Part shown: positions 28,247 through 38,669 of the stretch, piece by piece
How the letters are laid out: the number at the start of each line of letters is the position of its first letter
How positions within the stretch are numbered: position 1 is the stretch's first letter
Assembly: GCA_017857855.1 (NCBI GenBank)
Contig: JAFMCI010000003.1
Span: forward strand, 795-64,794
Reading direction: 5' to 3'
DNA length: 64,000 nucleotides
DNA from: Bacteroidia bacterium
GTDB taxonomy: Bacteria > Bacteroidota > Bacteroidia > NS11-12g > UBA9320
Notes under the pieces: model-generated
Seen by the model: the letters and a program-made list of their open reading frames with translations, nothing else
Told to the model about the DNA's origin: nothing
Databases searched by the model: none
Made by a program: the position numbers and the translations under genes

Positions 28247-29245
28247 TTAGAAAAATCGTTTAAATCCTATGATCTCACGTACTTCTTTTAATGTTTTTTG
28301 AGCACTCTCATTGGCTTTCTCCGCTCCTAGCTTTGCTGCTTTTGCCAGGGCTAATGTATCCTTTTTATAGTGATTAATGCGCTCGGTTACAGGCTCAATA
28401 AAAGTGACCACATCTTCCGCTAGCTGTTTTTTTAAATCACCATAACGTATAGTTCCCTTCACGTGCTCTGCATCAAAATGGGATATGGTACTTGAATCAG
28501 AAACCAGCGCCATTATATCAAATAAGTTTTGAAGCTCTTCAGATCTTGGCTGATTAGCACCTATTGGCCCTGCGTCGGTTTTGGCACGCATAATCTTTTT
28601 ACGTATAAAATCCGCCGGCTCATCAAATACAATAGTATCTGCATCACCACTTGATTTACTCATCTTACCTTGACCCGTAAGTCCTGGCACTTTTACCAGT
28701 TCACCTGTATTACTAAAAGCCTGAGGCTCTTTAAAATAATCGGTGTGAAACATGTGATTAAAGCGGTTAGCAAAGGTTCTCGTCATTTCTAAATGCTGCT
28801 GCTGATCTTTCCCCACAGGCACATACTCTGCATGATGAGCTAATATATCTACCGCCATGAGCACAGGGTAGGTAAGCAATCCCGCGTTAATATTTTTGGG
28901 TTGTGTTGCTTTTTTGTCCTTATAGGTTACCGACCGCTCCAACTCACCTATGTACGCATTCATATTAAAATATGTATAAAGCTCCGAAATAGCCGGAACA
29001 TCACTCTGTACAAACAAGGCACATTTATCAGGATCTACGCCCATTGCCAAATGCTCAGCGAGTACTTGATGAACATTTGCATGTAAGTCCGCAGGTGTAG
29101 GATGCGTAGTAAGTGAGTGAATATCAGCTATAAAAAAGAAACAATCATGCTCCTCTTGCATACGAAGAAAGCTTTTAACTGCCCCAAAATAATTACCTAA
29201 ATGTAATTTTCCTGTTGGTCTAATTCCTGATACTACTCTAGCCAT
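28247..29245 (-). CDS. trpS: tryptophan--tRNA ligase
   Basis: HIGH-type 'GKLHLGNY' and 'KMSKS' motifs. 332 aa. Confidence 0.95.
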   Translation of the reverse strand: MARVVSGIRPTGKLHLGNYFGAVKSFLRMQEEHDCFFFIADIHSLTTHPTPADLHANVHQVLAEHLAMGVDPDKCALFVQSDVPAISELYTYFNMNAYIGELERSVTYKDKKATQPKNINAGLLTYPVLMAVDILAHHAEYVPVGKDQQQHLEMTRTFANRFNHMFHTDYFKEPQAFSNTGELVKVPGLTGQGKMSKSSGDADTIVFDEPADFIRKKIMRAKTDAGPIGANQPRSEELQNLFDIMALVSDSSTISHFDAEHVKGTIRYGDLKKQLAEDVVTFIEPVTERINHYKKDTLALAKAAKLGAEKANESAQKTLKEVREIIGFKRFF

Positions 29246-29338
29246 TATTTAATAAGCTTCAAAAATAGAAGGACTAATACATTATACCAATCATGTGGAT
29301 ATTTATAGTTAAATGATTCTTAGCTATTTTTTTAAGTA

Positions 29339-31108
29339 TTACGCCAGCTCAAATTGCTTTTGAAATAACTCGTAGTATGCACCCTGTAGATGCATTAACT
29401 CATCATGATTACCTTGCTCAACCACCCTACCTTTATCCAGCACCATAATTGTATCCACTTCTCTAACGGTACTTAATCTATGCGCTATGATGATACTTGT
29501 CCGTCCTTTCATGAGCTGTTGCGTCGCTTGCTGAATAAGTTCTTCCGTTTCTGAGTCTACGCTAGAAGTAGCTTCATCTAAAATTAATAGCTTGGGATCT
29601 GCAGCCATAGCGCGTATAAAACTTATTAATTGCCGTTGCCCTACAGAAAGTGTATTACCCCGCTCCATAACTTCATACTGCCAACCCCCTTCTAAGCTTT
29701 CTATAAAACTTAACGCTCCAATAGACGCTGCAGCCTCCTTCATTCTATCTTGCGTAATGTTACTATTCTTTAAGGTAACGTTTTCTGATACAGTTCCCGC
29801 AAACAAAAAGACGTCTTGCAATACCACGGCTACTTGGTTACGCAAGGATTCTATTTCTAGCGCATTTACCTCAATACCATCAATTTTTATAGTACCTTTT
29901 TGTATAGTATATAAACGCGTTATAAGACTAATAATACTTGATTTCCCCGCTCCGGTAGCACCTACTATCGCTAAACTTTTTCCAGCCTCCAGTTTAAAAC
30001 TTACATCTTTCAAGACATATTCCTCGTCTACGTAAGCAAACCAAACATTTTCAAATGATATATCTCCATGAAAATCACGTAAAACCACTTCACCTTTCTG
30101 CTCCACTTCTGTATCATCATCCAGCAACTCAAAGATACGCTCACTGCTTACCACCCCCATCTGCATGGTATTAAATCGATCGGCAATAAAACGAATAGGC
30201 CTAAAAATTAAATTAACATAGAGAATAAATGCGGTAATTAATCCTGCACTAGCGACAGTAGGATATCCTGCACTCCACCACACAATAAGTCCAAGCGCCA
30301 AACTACTTACAATTTCTACAATCGGAAAATATACCGCATAATAAAAAACAGACTGATTATGAGCATCCATATGCTCTCTGTTTATTTTCTCAAATTTTTG
30401 AAATTCTTGCTCTTCTTTGCCAAACACTTGCACCACTTCCATGCCTACTATTTGTTCTTGCACAAAGGAATTTAATTGTGAAACTTGAACCCTAACCTTC
30501 TGAAAAGAAGACTTCACCCCTCGTCTAAAAATCTCAGAAGCAATGAGTAATAAGGGCATAACGGCAAGGGATATCAACGTTAATTTCCAGCTCGTTATAA
30601 ACATAATAATCAATACAGCTACGATTTGTGCTAGATCTCCAATAATTGAAATAAACCCTTGAGAAAAAAAGTTAGATACCGTCTCTACATCGGATACCGA
30701 TCGGGTAATGAGCATACCCACTTTACTATTGTCAAAAAAAGAAGAAGATAATGACAGGATATGATTATAGACTCTCATTCGCAAGTCTTTAATGACTTTT
30801 TGACCTAATAAATTAGTTACATAGGTATGCCCAAAAAGTACCAAACTGTTAAGGATGATATGAAGTAATATATAGATACTAAACAGTTGAATTCCTGCTT
30901 TATCCTTATTCTCCACAAAATGATCTAAGGTATATTGTACAAGCATAGGCCGTATCGGTGCTAATGCAGTTAGCAGTAAAGTAAACAGTACTGCTAGCCA
31001 CAACAGCTTTCGGTGTGGCTTTGCTAATTTTATAATACGGACGATTAACTCGAGGTCGAACGCCGCTCCTACTTTCTTACTTTTTGAACTCATCCCAATT
31101 ATATCCAA
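29339..31108 (-). CDS. ABC transporter, fused permease/ATP-binding protein (MsbA-like exporter)
   Basis: Six-TM N-terminal half. 'GATGAGKSS', 'LSVGQRQL', 'LILDEATS'. The start may be the ATG at 31093. Confidence 0.9.
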   Translation of the reverse strand: MDIIGMSSKSKKVGAAFDLELIVRIIKLAKPHRKLLWLAVLFTLLLTALAPIRPMLVQYTLDHFVENKDKAGIQLFSIYILLHIILNSLVLFGHTYVTNLLGQKVIKDLRMRVYNHILSLSSSFFDNSKVGMLITRSVSDVETVSNFFSQGFISIIGDLAQIVAVLIIMFITSWKLTLISLAVMPLLLIASEIFRRGVKSSFQKVRVQVSQLNSFVQEQIVGMEVVQVFGKEEQEFQKFEKINREHMDAHNQSVFYYAVYFPIVEIVSSLALGLIVWWSAGYPTVASAGLITAFILYVNLIFRPIRFIADRFNTMQMGVVSSERIFELLDDDTEVEQKGEVVLRDFHGDISFENVWFAYVDEEYVLKDVSFKLEAGKSLAIVGATGAGKSSIISLITRLYTIQKGTIKIDGIEVNALEIESLRNQVAVVLQDVFLFAGTVSENVTLKNSNITQDRMKEAAASIGALSFIESLEGGWQYEVMERGNTLSVGQRQLISFIRAMAADPKLLILDEATSSVDSETEELIQQATQQLMKGRTSIIIAHRLSTVREVDTIMVLDKGRVVEQGNHDELMHLQGAYYELFQKQFELA

Positions 31109-31832
31109 CTTCCACTAAATAAAGCCCTTTTGCTGCAACACTTTTACCACTGGCGCTACGTGTCCCGCTTGCTAATATACCAGGCAAGGATGCTAATTCA
31201 GTTGTCCCATTACCAATATCTAACAAGGTGCCTACCATAGCCCTAACCATATTTCTTAAAAAACGATTTGCCTTTACATGAAACTCCAAACATCCGTCAT
31301 TTAATATCCATTGAGCCTCCATTAAGTCACACAAAGTAGTTTTGTTATCCGCATTACTTTTACAAAAGGCCGCAAAGTCATGGTGTTTTAACAACTCCAA
31401 ACAAGCAAGGTTCATCAACTCTATGTTAGGTTCCTTAAAAAGAAAAAGCATCTCATCCTTTCTAAATGGATTTTTCACAAAAGTGGTCTTGTAAATATAC
31501 TTCCGGTAAGTTGCGCTAAATCGCGCATGAAAATCATCCTTAACCGCAATAACTTTGTACACAGCAATATCAGGAGGTAACATCTGATTTAAGCGAAACA
31601 AAAAACGTTCTGGCAACTCACTTTCAGCTTCAAAATGGGCTACAAAATAAGTAGCATGTACTTCGGCATCCGTTCTTCCACATCCTAAAACATTGGTTTT
31701 TTTCTGATATAAGCGAGCCAATTGAAGTTCCAATTCTTCCTGTACCGTATTGCCGTTCAACTGAGATTGCCACCCTCTATACTCTGTGCCTTTATATCCT
31801 AGTTCTAATGCGTATCTCACTTTGCACGGCAA
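31077..31832 (-). CDS. truA: tRNA pseudouridine(38-40) synthase
   Basis: 'GCGRTDAEVHA' catalytic Asp motif. Its 3' end overlaps the ABC transporter 5' end. Confidence 0.9.
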   Translation of the reverse strand: MPCKVRYALELGYKGTEYRGWQSQLNGNTVQEELELQLARLYQKKTNVLGCGRTDAEVHATYFVAHFEAESELPERFLFRLNQMLPPDIAVYKVIAVKDDFHARFSATYRKYIYKTTFVKNPFRKDEMLFLFKEPNIELMNLACLELLKHHDFAAFCKSNADNKTTLCDLMEAQWILNDGCLEFHVKANRFLRNMVRAMVGTLLDIGNGTTELASLPGILASGTRSASGKSVAAKGLYLVEVGYNWDEFKK

Positions 31833-31907
31833 ATATATTTTGTATCTGTTGGATAGTGTTATTTATTTAGATTGAATTCTATTTTTGCCATCTATTACAA
31901 GAATAAA

Positions 31908-33596
31908 ATGAAACAACAACTCATAGAGTGTGTACCTAATTTTAGTGAAGGAAGAGACCTCGCTATAATCAAGCAAATAACCAACGAAATCGAAAGCGTA
32001 GATGGCGTAAAATTACTGGATGTAGACCCAGGAGCAGCCACCAATAGAACAGTAGTTACCTTTGTAGGAACACCTGAAGCAGTAATTGAGGCTGCATATA
32101 AGGCAATAGTTAAGGCGGGCGAAATAATAGATATGAGCAAACATAAAGGAGAGCATGCGCGAATGGGTGCTACAGATGTTTGCCCACTTATCCCAGTTGC
32201 GAATATAAGTATGGAAGAAACTTCTCAATGGGCCGTTAAGCTTGCAAAAAAAGTTGGAGAAACCACACACATACCTACTTATTTATACGGTGCTTCGCAA
32301 TCGGATACCAAAAGAAATGTTCTTTCTATTATTCGCACCGGTGAATACGAAGGTTTTTTTGAAAAAATAAAAAGACCCGAATGGAAGCCTGACTTTGGAC
32401 CATCTATCTACAGCGCTAGAAGTGGCGCAACTGTAATTGGGGCTCGAGACTTCCTAATAGCGTATAACATTAATTTAAATACCACATCAACGCGTATTGC
32501 CAATAGAATTGCTTTTGATGTGCGCGAAACAGGAAGAGTAGTACGAGAAGGAAATCCTTTTACAGGAAAAATTAAAACCGATGAATACGGAGAACCAGTT
32601 AGAATACCAGGAACTTGTAAAGCTGTACAGGCTGTAGGTTGGTATATTGATGAGTATAAGGTAGCACAAGTAAGTGCCAATTTAACCAACTTCAATATCA
32701 CCCCTATTCATACTTTTTTTGATGCAGTGCAAGATAGTTGCATAGAGCGGGGTGTTCGAATTACAGGCAGTGAACTCGTGGGATTAATCCCCTTAAAAGC
32801 AATGCTAGACGCAGGTCGTCATTTTCTAAAAAAACAGGAACGGTCTCTGGGTGTTGACGATGCAGAGCTAATTCATATTGCCGTAAAATCACTGGGCTTA
32901 GATGAGTTAGGTCCTTTTGATCCTCAGAAAAAGATAATAGAATACCAACTTCAATCACTAGAAGACGAAAAATTAATACAGCTCACCGCTAAAGGCTTGG
33001 CAAACGAAACGGCTTCCGAGAGTATGGCGCCAGGAGGTGGGAGTATCTCAGCCTATGTAGGAGCCCTAGGAGTTTCACTAGCCACTATGGTCGCTAACTT
33101 AAGTGCGAATAAACCAGGATGGGAAGAAAAGCTAAAATTCTTCTCTGATTGGGCTTGTAAAGGACAGGAAATTAAAAACGAAATGCTATTTTTAGTAGAT
33201 GAAGATACACGATCATTTAATGCTATTATTGATGCAATTCGTTTACCAAAAGAAACAGCAGAGGAAAAGAAATTTCGCCTAGATTCTATCGAAAACGCAA
33301 GTCAATATGCCGCTGAAGTTCCATTCAAAGTTATGCAAACCGCCGCAAGGACCATTGACATTATTAAAGCCATGATCGAAAACGGCAATAAAGCGTCCAT
33401 CACAGATGCAGGCGTTGGCGCTTTGTGCTGCATTACCGCAATTGAAGGAGCCTACATGAATATTCGAGTTAATACCAAAGATTTATCAGATACTGATTTT
33501 GCAGACTTATTAAATCAAAAAGCCCATAATCTTCTGCAAGAATCTAAAGGTGAGCTACAAGCGCTTGTTGAAGCGGTACACAAACAAATTTCATGA
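31908..33596 (+). CDS. bifunctional glutamate formimidoyltransferase / formimidoyltetrahydrofolate cyclodeaminase
   Basis: 'ECVPNFSEGR' at the N-terminus (ATG at 31908; the track ORF starts at 31872). A C-terminal ~200 aa cyclodeaminase-like helical domain with 'APGGGS'. Confidence 0.9.
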   Translation: MKQQLIECVPNFSEGRDLAIIKQITNEIESVDGVKLLDVDPGAATNRTVVTFVGTPEAVIEAAYKAIVKAGEIIDMSKHKGEHARMGATDVCPLIPVANISMEETSQWAVKLAKKVGETTHIPTYLYGASQSDTKRNVLSIIRTGEYEGFFEKIKRPEWKPDFGPSIYSARSGATVIGARDFLIAYNINLNTTSTRIANRIAFDVRETGRVVREGNPFTGKIKTDEYGEPVRIPGTCKAVQAVGWYIDEYKVAQVSANLTNFNITPIHTFFDAVQDSCIERGVRITGSELVGLIPLKAMLDAGRHFLKKQERSLGVDDAELIHIAVKSLGLDELGPFDPQKKIIEYQLQSLEDEKLIQLTAKGLANETASESMAPGGGSISAYVGALGVSLATMVANLSANKPGWEEKLKFFSDWACKGQEIKNEMLFLVDEDTRSFNAIIDAIRLPKETAEEKKFRLDSIENASQYAAEVPFKVMQTAARTIDIIKAMIENGNKASITDAGVGALCCITAIEGAYMNIRVNTKDLSDTDFADLLNQKAHNLLQESKGELQALVEAVHKQIS

Positions 33597-33611
33597 AATC
33601 CTATTCCAATT

Positions 33612-33619
33612 TAACTTTG
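33612..33619 (+). promoter_or_regulatory. candidate -7 promoter box (TAnnTTTG) upstream of porP-like gene
   Basis: 'taactttg' lies 75 nt upstream of the ATG at 33694. Confidence 0.3.
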
Positions 33620-33693
33620 ACAATAAAACTTTGTAAGAAATAGTTAATATTGTACCTGTCGAATTACTTAATTAATAGCACAAAGGAAGTTAT

Positions 33694-34752
33694 ATGAAAA
33701 AAACCCTTACCATTCTCACCCTCTTAGCCAGTGTGCATTCATATGCTCAACAAGATCCTTATTATACTCATTTTAAGGATGTTATTCAAGCATTCAATCC
33801 CGCAAATGCAGGTCACAAGCAAGGAGAAATCTGTCTTTCTGCACTTACACATCACCAATGGAGAGATTATAACGACGAAACCAGAATTAAAGGTACGGAC
33901 GGAACAGGAAGCCTTCAAGATGTTAACCGAAATGTTGCACCTGTAACCTATAACTTAAACGTGGCTACAGTGTTTAATTTGGGTAAGACTGGAAATCAAT
34001 TCTTAGGTGCTGGATTAACCATTGTTGACGATAAAATTGGTTACACAAAGTCAACAGCCATCAAAGCGAATCTTAACTATAAGTTGCAATTACAAGGTGG
34101 TTTTCAAGAAATTTCAGGTGGTTTAGGGGTTGGTGCGAAGCAATGGGGTTGGGTAAAACCTGATTTTAAAGCACTCCAAGCACTCGATCCAGAAATTCCT
34201 GCTTTAGGAGGAAATGAAATGCTATTCGACCTTAGCGCAGGAGTTATGTTTAAGCAGCAAACACTTGGTAATATTAAGAATTTTTATGCAGGACTCTCTG
34301 TAACTAATTTAACGAGCGCAAAATACCAAATAGCCGTTCAATCACAAGCAGGAATACAAAACACAATAGAAATCAATTACGTACCTCATTATTACACCAT
34401 CGCAGGCGGTGACATCGAAATGGGAAATATGACACTTGAGCCAGCTGTACTTCTGAAATACGGTTTATTCAGTAAAGGATTTAGACCGCAAGTCGATTTA
34501 AATATGACTGCACTATTTGCACAAACCTTTAGAGGAGGTTTGGCTTTCAGACAATGGGGCACCAGTGACGCGTTATCTGTTCTATTAGGTTATCAAAAAG
34601 GTCCATTACAAATAGGATATTCATACGATATCACATTAAGTAACGTTCAAGTTGTGAGTAATGGAACACACGAGATACTTGTAAAATATTGCATTCCAAT
34701 AGCTACAAGCGTTAAAGAAAAACTGATCATTGATAGTGTTAGGTTTTTGTAA
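33694..34752 (+). CDS. porP: PorP/SprF-family T9SS outer-membrane protein
   Basis: Signal peptide, 'AQQDPYYTHF....FNPANAG....HHQW' N-terminal signature, and position directly upstream of gldK as in porPKLMN loci. Confidence 0.75.
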   Translation: MKKTLTILTLLASVHSYAQQDPYYTHFKDVIQAFNPANAGHKQGEICLSALTHHQWRDYNDETRIKGTDGTGSLQDVNRNVAPVTYNLNVATVFNLGKTGNQFLGAGLTIVDDKIGYTKSTAIKANLNYKLQLQGGFQEISGGLGVGAKQWGWVKPDFKALQALDPEIPALGGNEMLFDLSAGVMFKQQTLGNIKNFYAGLSVTNLTSAKYQIAVQSQAGIQNTIEINYVPHYYTIAGGDIEMGNMTLEPAVLLKYGLFSKGFRPQVDLNMTALFAQTFRGGLAFRQWGTSDALSVLLGYQKGPLQIGYSYDITLSNVQVVSNGTHEILVKYCIPIATSVKEKLIIDSVRFL

Positions 34753-34889
34753 TTGAGTAAAGATTTAAATAACACAATAACCAAACAGTTAAAACGTTAA
34801 TTACCAACAACACAAATTAATAATTTTTGCATTTATCAACATTTAATTGTTAATTTGTCAAACTTTTAATACAACAAGGTATAAAATAT

Positions 34890-36152
34890 ATGAAGTACAT
34901 AGCTAAAATGTTTGTAATGTTCGCAATCATCTCGTTGATGAGTTGTGGCATGGGAGACAACGGAGAGTTAATTGGAGTACAAGGCAGAAGACCTTGGTTT
35001 CATCCTCAACCATTTGGTACAGTTTATATCCCAACTGGATCATACCACACAGGTCAAAGTGATGAAGATATTTTCCACACATACATAGCACCCAATAAGC
35101 AGGTTTCTGTTCACGCTATGTGGATGGATGATACTGAGATAACAAATAATGAATACCGCCAGTTTGTAGAATATGTAAGAGACAGTTTGATGCGTCACGA
35201 GATGGAAATGGAAATCGAAATCGAAGATGAGCATGATGACTACACCATCTTAGACTACAATGAAGACGTGGATCGAGAAGAATTCTACAATGAGCACGGT
35301 GCTAAATACTTCTATCAAAATAGAGAAAGATTCGAGCACAGAAAAGAATTCGATATCCGTAAATTAGATTATACCTATACATATGTTGATTTTAGAGCTG
35401 CTGCTTATGGAAGTTATCTAAAAGGCAACAGAGCAGATTACCTAAAAACTAAAACGTATAATATATACCCTGACACATTGGTATGGATCCGTGACTTCAC
35501 TTATTCTTACAATGAGCCAATGACCCGCCAATATTATAACCACCCCAAGTATGATGATTACCCTGTAGTAGGTATTAATTGGCATCAAGCTAACGCTTTT
35601 TGTAATTGGAGAACCCGTTGGTTAAATAGATATTGGGAAGCTCAAGATATGCCTATTACTGAGTACTGGAGATTACCAACAGAATATGAGTGGGAATATG
35701 CAGCTCGTGGCGGAAGAGACAACAATATGTATCCTTGGGGAGGACCGTATACGAGAAATAGCAAAGGTTGTTTGTTAGCAAACTTTAAGCCAAATAGAGG
35801 TAATTACATGTCTGACGGTGGTTTGTACCCAGTAAGAGGAGACTCTTACTTCCCAAATGATTACGGTTTATATAACATGGCAGGTAACGTTGCGGAGTGG
35901 ACCATGTCTGCTTATGACGAAACAAGTCATCAGTTTACACACGATTTAAACTCTGATTTTCAAATTGATGCTTCTGATGATGGACCACTTACAATAAAAA
36001 GAAAAGTTATACGCGGAGGAAGCTGGAAAGATATAGCATACTTTATTCAAAACGGCTCAAGAGCGTATGAATATCAAGATACCTCAAAATCATCTATTGG
36101 TTTTAGATGCGTTCAAACCTACATAGGTAGATCGGCTAACGATCGCCAGTAG
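34890..36152 (+). CDS. gldK: gliding motility / T9SS lipoprotein GldK (PorK)
   Basis: Lipobox 'LMSCG'. FGE-sulfatase fold motifs 'INWHQANAFCNW', 'RGGSWKD'. Followed by gldL, gldM and gldN. Confidence 0.92.
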   Translation: MKYIAKMFVMFAIISLMSCGMGDNGELIGVQGRRPWFHPQPFGTVYIPTGSYHTGQSDEDIFHTYIAPNKQVSVHAMWMDDTEITNNEYRQFVEYVRDSLMRHEMEMEIEIEDEHDDYTILDYNEDVDREEFYNEHGAKYFYQNRERFEHRKEFDIRKLDYTYTYVDFRAAAYGSYLKGNRADYLKTKTYNIYPDTLVWIRDFTYSYNEPMTRQYYNHPKYDDYPVVGINWHQANAFCNWRTRWLNRYWEAQDMPITEYWRLPTEYEWEYAARGGRDNNMYPWGGPYTRNSKGCLLANFKPNRGNYMSDGGLYPVRGDSYFPNDYGLYNMAGNVAEWTMSAYDETSHQFTHDLNSDFQIDASDDGPLTIKRKVIRGGSWKDIAYFIQNGSRAYEYQDTSKSSIGFRCVQTYIGRSANDRQ

Positions 36153-36196
36153 TAGATACAGTTTCACCAACTTTTATTCTATTTGTAATCAACAAT

Positions 36197-36245
36197 ATAC
36201 CTATAGCATAAAATAATTCAAAATATTATTTTATACTATAGGTAT
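36197..36245 (+). promoter_or_regulatory. 49-nt AT-rich hairpin (20 of 21 bp) in the gldK-gldL spacer
   Basis: atacctatagcataaaataat (36197-36217) / loop tcaaaat / attattttatactataggtat (36225-36245). One C-A mismatch and no trailing T-run. Confidence 0.6.
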
Positions 36246-36260
36246 ACTCAAATACGTTTA

Positions 36261-36268
36261 TATATTTG
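36261..36268 (+). promoter_or_regulatory. candidate -7 promoter box (TAnnTTTG) for gldL
   Basis: 'tatatttg' lies 15 nt after the hairpin and 56 nt before the gldL ATG. Confidence 0.3.
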
Positions 36269-36324
36269 ACAACAAATTATTATATTTCAATTAACATAAA
36301 AACAAAAACTTAAACTAAAAAATT

Positions 36325-36987
36325 ATGGCAAGTTTCTTTGAATCAAAATTAGGAAAAAACATTATGGCAAAGGCCTATGGATTAGGCGCAGCAGTAGTTA
36401 TCATTGGTGCACTATTTAAAATTATGCACTGGCCAGGAGCAAACGAGATGCTTATTCTCGGGATGGGAACTGAAGCTGTAATCTTTATGATTTCTGCATT
36501 TGAGCCAATACATGAAGAATGGGATTGGAGCCTTGTACATCCAGAATTAGCTGGAATGGAAGGCGATTCTAAACCAAAGCAAGCTGTAGGTTCAGGTGAC
36601 GCAGTATCTCAACAATTAGATAAAATGCTTTCCGAAGCTAAGATAGGTCCTGATTTAATCGAGGGATTAGGTTCAGGTTTAAGATCTTTGTCTTCTAACG
36701 TAAGTTCCATGTCAGACCTTTCTGGTGCTACAGTTGCAACAAAAGAATATGCTGATAACATAACAAAAGCTAATGAGCAATTGACAGGTATGAACTCTTC
36801 TTACAGCAGAGCGGTTAATGCTCTTGATAGCCTGTCAGAAACTACAGAAACTTTTAAAGAAACTACGCTTAAAGTAGCTAACATTAATGCTACATTAAAT
36901 GATAACCTGGTAAGTTTTGATCAAAATATCCAAAGTTTGAACAAAGTTTATGGTGGTATGTTAAGCGCTATGCGTCCAAATTCTTAA
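36325..36987 (+). CDS. gldL: gliding motility / T9SS motor protein GldL (PorL)
   Basis: 'GAAVVIIGALFKIMHWPGANEMLILGMGTEAVIF' TM hairpin plus a ~150-aa cytoplasmic tail. Synteny K-L-M-N. Confidence 0.92.
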   Translation: MASFFESKLGKNIMAKAYGLGAAVVIIGALFKIMHWPGANEMLILGMGTEAVIFMISAFEPIHEEWDWSLVHPELAGMEGDSKPKQAVGSGDAVSQQLDKMLSEAKIGPDLIEGLGSGLRSLSSNVSSMSDLSGATVATKEYADNITKANEQLTGMNSSYSRAVNALDSLSETTETFKETTLKVANINATLNDNLVSFDQNIQSLNKVYGGMLSAMRPNS

Positions 36988-37024
36988 TTTATTTCTAACC
37001 CAATTTAATATTATATAATTAATT

Positions 37025-38620
37025 ATGGCTGGAGGAAAAATGTCCCCACGGCAGAAGATGATTAACATGATGTACTTGGTACTCATGGCTCTTCTTGCCC
37101 TAAACGTATCTGCTGAGATTCTTAAATCTTTCTACCTTTTCGAAAGAAGTTTCAATACTGCAGCAATGAGTATCGACTCTAAAAGTCAAGGTACTATTAA
37201 GGCTTTAGAGAAAGCACTTGGTGAAAAACCTGAAAAAACAAAACCATACATGGACAGAGCAAAAGCTGCTCAAAAAACTACAAAGGAATTCGTTGATTAT
37301 TTAGATGGAATTACTAAAAAAGTAGAAGGATGGTATGATGGTAGAGATCCAGAGACAGGTGCTCTTGTTTCACCAGATCAAATGGAAGACCATGCAAGGT
37401 ACTTTACAGTGGATAACAACGGTGCTAACGGTAAAGAATTTCAAGCTAAAATAAACGAAACCAGAGAAAAACTTGCGGGTTACCTAAAACCACAGGTTCC
37501 GGGTATGGCTAAAGATTCTACTAACATTGAAACTTTAGATCTATATAAAAGTGCGCTAAACGCTTCTCAATTAATTGCAGAAGATGACAAAAATGGTGTT
37601 TCTGGGGTTAGTTGGATTAACGAAAACTTAGAACATAACCCTGCTGCAGGTCTTATGGCCCTCATCGCGCGTATTAAAAACGATGCAAGAACCATGGAAT
37701 CTGATGTTTTGGAGAAATTGGCTACACGTATAGATGCAACGGATTACAAGTTCGATAGACTTGAAGCTAAAGTTCTTGCCAAATCTACCTATGTTATGGA
37801 AGGCGAAGCATACGAAGCTGATATTTTATTGGTTGCTTCAAATTCGAAAGGAGCTCCTTCTATCACAGTTGGTGGTGCTAACATTAATGTAGAAGGTGGT
37901 GTTGGAAAATATCGTGGATCGGCTAATGGCATAGGTATTAAAACCTTTGCAGGTAAAATAGTTATCGATGGACCCGAGGGACCACAAAGTTTCGATTTCA
38001 ATGACGAGTATACTGTTTTTAAACCAGCAGCAACAATTGCCGCTACTCAAATGAATCTATTGTATAAAGGCATCGAAAATCCTATGTCTATATCTGTACC
38101 AGGTTTCGCTGCTTCCGAAGTAAAAGTTTCTGCTCCTGGCATTAATTTAGTTTCTAAAGGCGGTGGAGTGTATAATGCTACCGTACCTGCTTCTACCAAT
38201 AAAGAAGTTACCATTTCAGTTTCTATAACCAAAGATGGTAAAACCAAAACTGTTGGATCACAAGTATTTAGGGTAAGAAGTTTACCTCAACCCACAGCTC
38301 AATTAGGCGGTATTCCTAATGATGGTTTACCTAAAGGTAAGGCTGCTGTAAGTGCACAAACTTCTATTTTAGCTTCTATGGGTGCTGGATTTGCTTATGA
38401 CTTACAGTATAGAGTACAAGGTTTCAAGATGATTATGGCCTATAAGAGAAAACCTCCAGTTATGGAAAGTAGCTCTAGCGGTGTGCTAACTCCCGCAATG
38501 AAGAATCTTATTAGAAACGCAGCTCCTGACGATAGAATCCTTATAGAAGGTATTCGTGCTGTTGAAGCTAAATATGGTTTTAGTGCTAATCTAAGCCCGA
38601 TTATCATCACAATTAAATAA
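37025..38620 (+). CDS. gldM: gliding motility / T9SS motor protein GldM (PorM)
   Basis: 'MAGGKMSPRQKMINMMYLVLMALLALNVS' N-terminus with a single TM, and a long periplasmic region. Confidence 0.92.
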   Translation: MAGGKMSPRQKMINMMYLVLMALLALNVSAEILKSFYLFERSFNTAAMSIDSKSQGTIKALEKALGEKPEKTKPYMDRAKAAQKTTKEFVDYLDGITKKVEGWYDGRDPETGALVSPDQMEDHARYFTVDNNGANGKEFQAKINETREKLAGYLKPQVPGMAKDSTNIETLDLYKSALNASQLIAEDDKNGVSGVSWINENLEHNPAAGLMALIARIKNDARTMESDVLEKLATRIDATDYKFDRLEAKVLAKSTYVMEGEAYEADILLVASNSKGAPSITVGGANINVEGGVGKYRGSANGIGIKTFAGKIVIDGPEGPQSFDFNDEYTVFKPAATIAATQMNLLYKGIENPMSISVPGFAASEVKVSAPGINLVSKGGGVYNATVPASTNKEVTISVSITKDGKTKTVGSQVFRVRSLPQPTAQLGGIPNDGLPKGKAAVSAQTSILASMGAGFAYDLQYRVQGFKMIMAYKRKPPVMESSSSGVLTPAMKNLIRNAAPDDRILIEGIRAVEAKYGFSANLSPIIITIK

Positions 38621-38669
38621 ATAAATAATTAAACATTTATTCGTTACTTTGCATAGTAGATATAAAGAT

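Noticed and set aside
29592-30035. 147-aa plus-strand ORF antisense to the ABC transporter. Similar long antisense ORFs occur at 61584-61940, 6382-6684, 12249-12551, 31895-32140, 32408-32701 and 37789-38247.
   Set aside because: Each lies wholly inside a strongly supported gene on the opposite strand. They have low-complexity or Ser/Leu-rich translations and no recognisable motifs, which is typical of shadow ORFs.
31908-33596. Fused, eukaryote-style formiminotransferase-cyclodeaminase as a possible horizontal transfer.
   Set aside because: Fused FTCD genes are, to my recollection, widely annotated in Bacteroidota. There is no compositional break or mobile-element context here.
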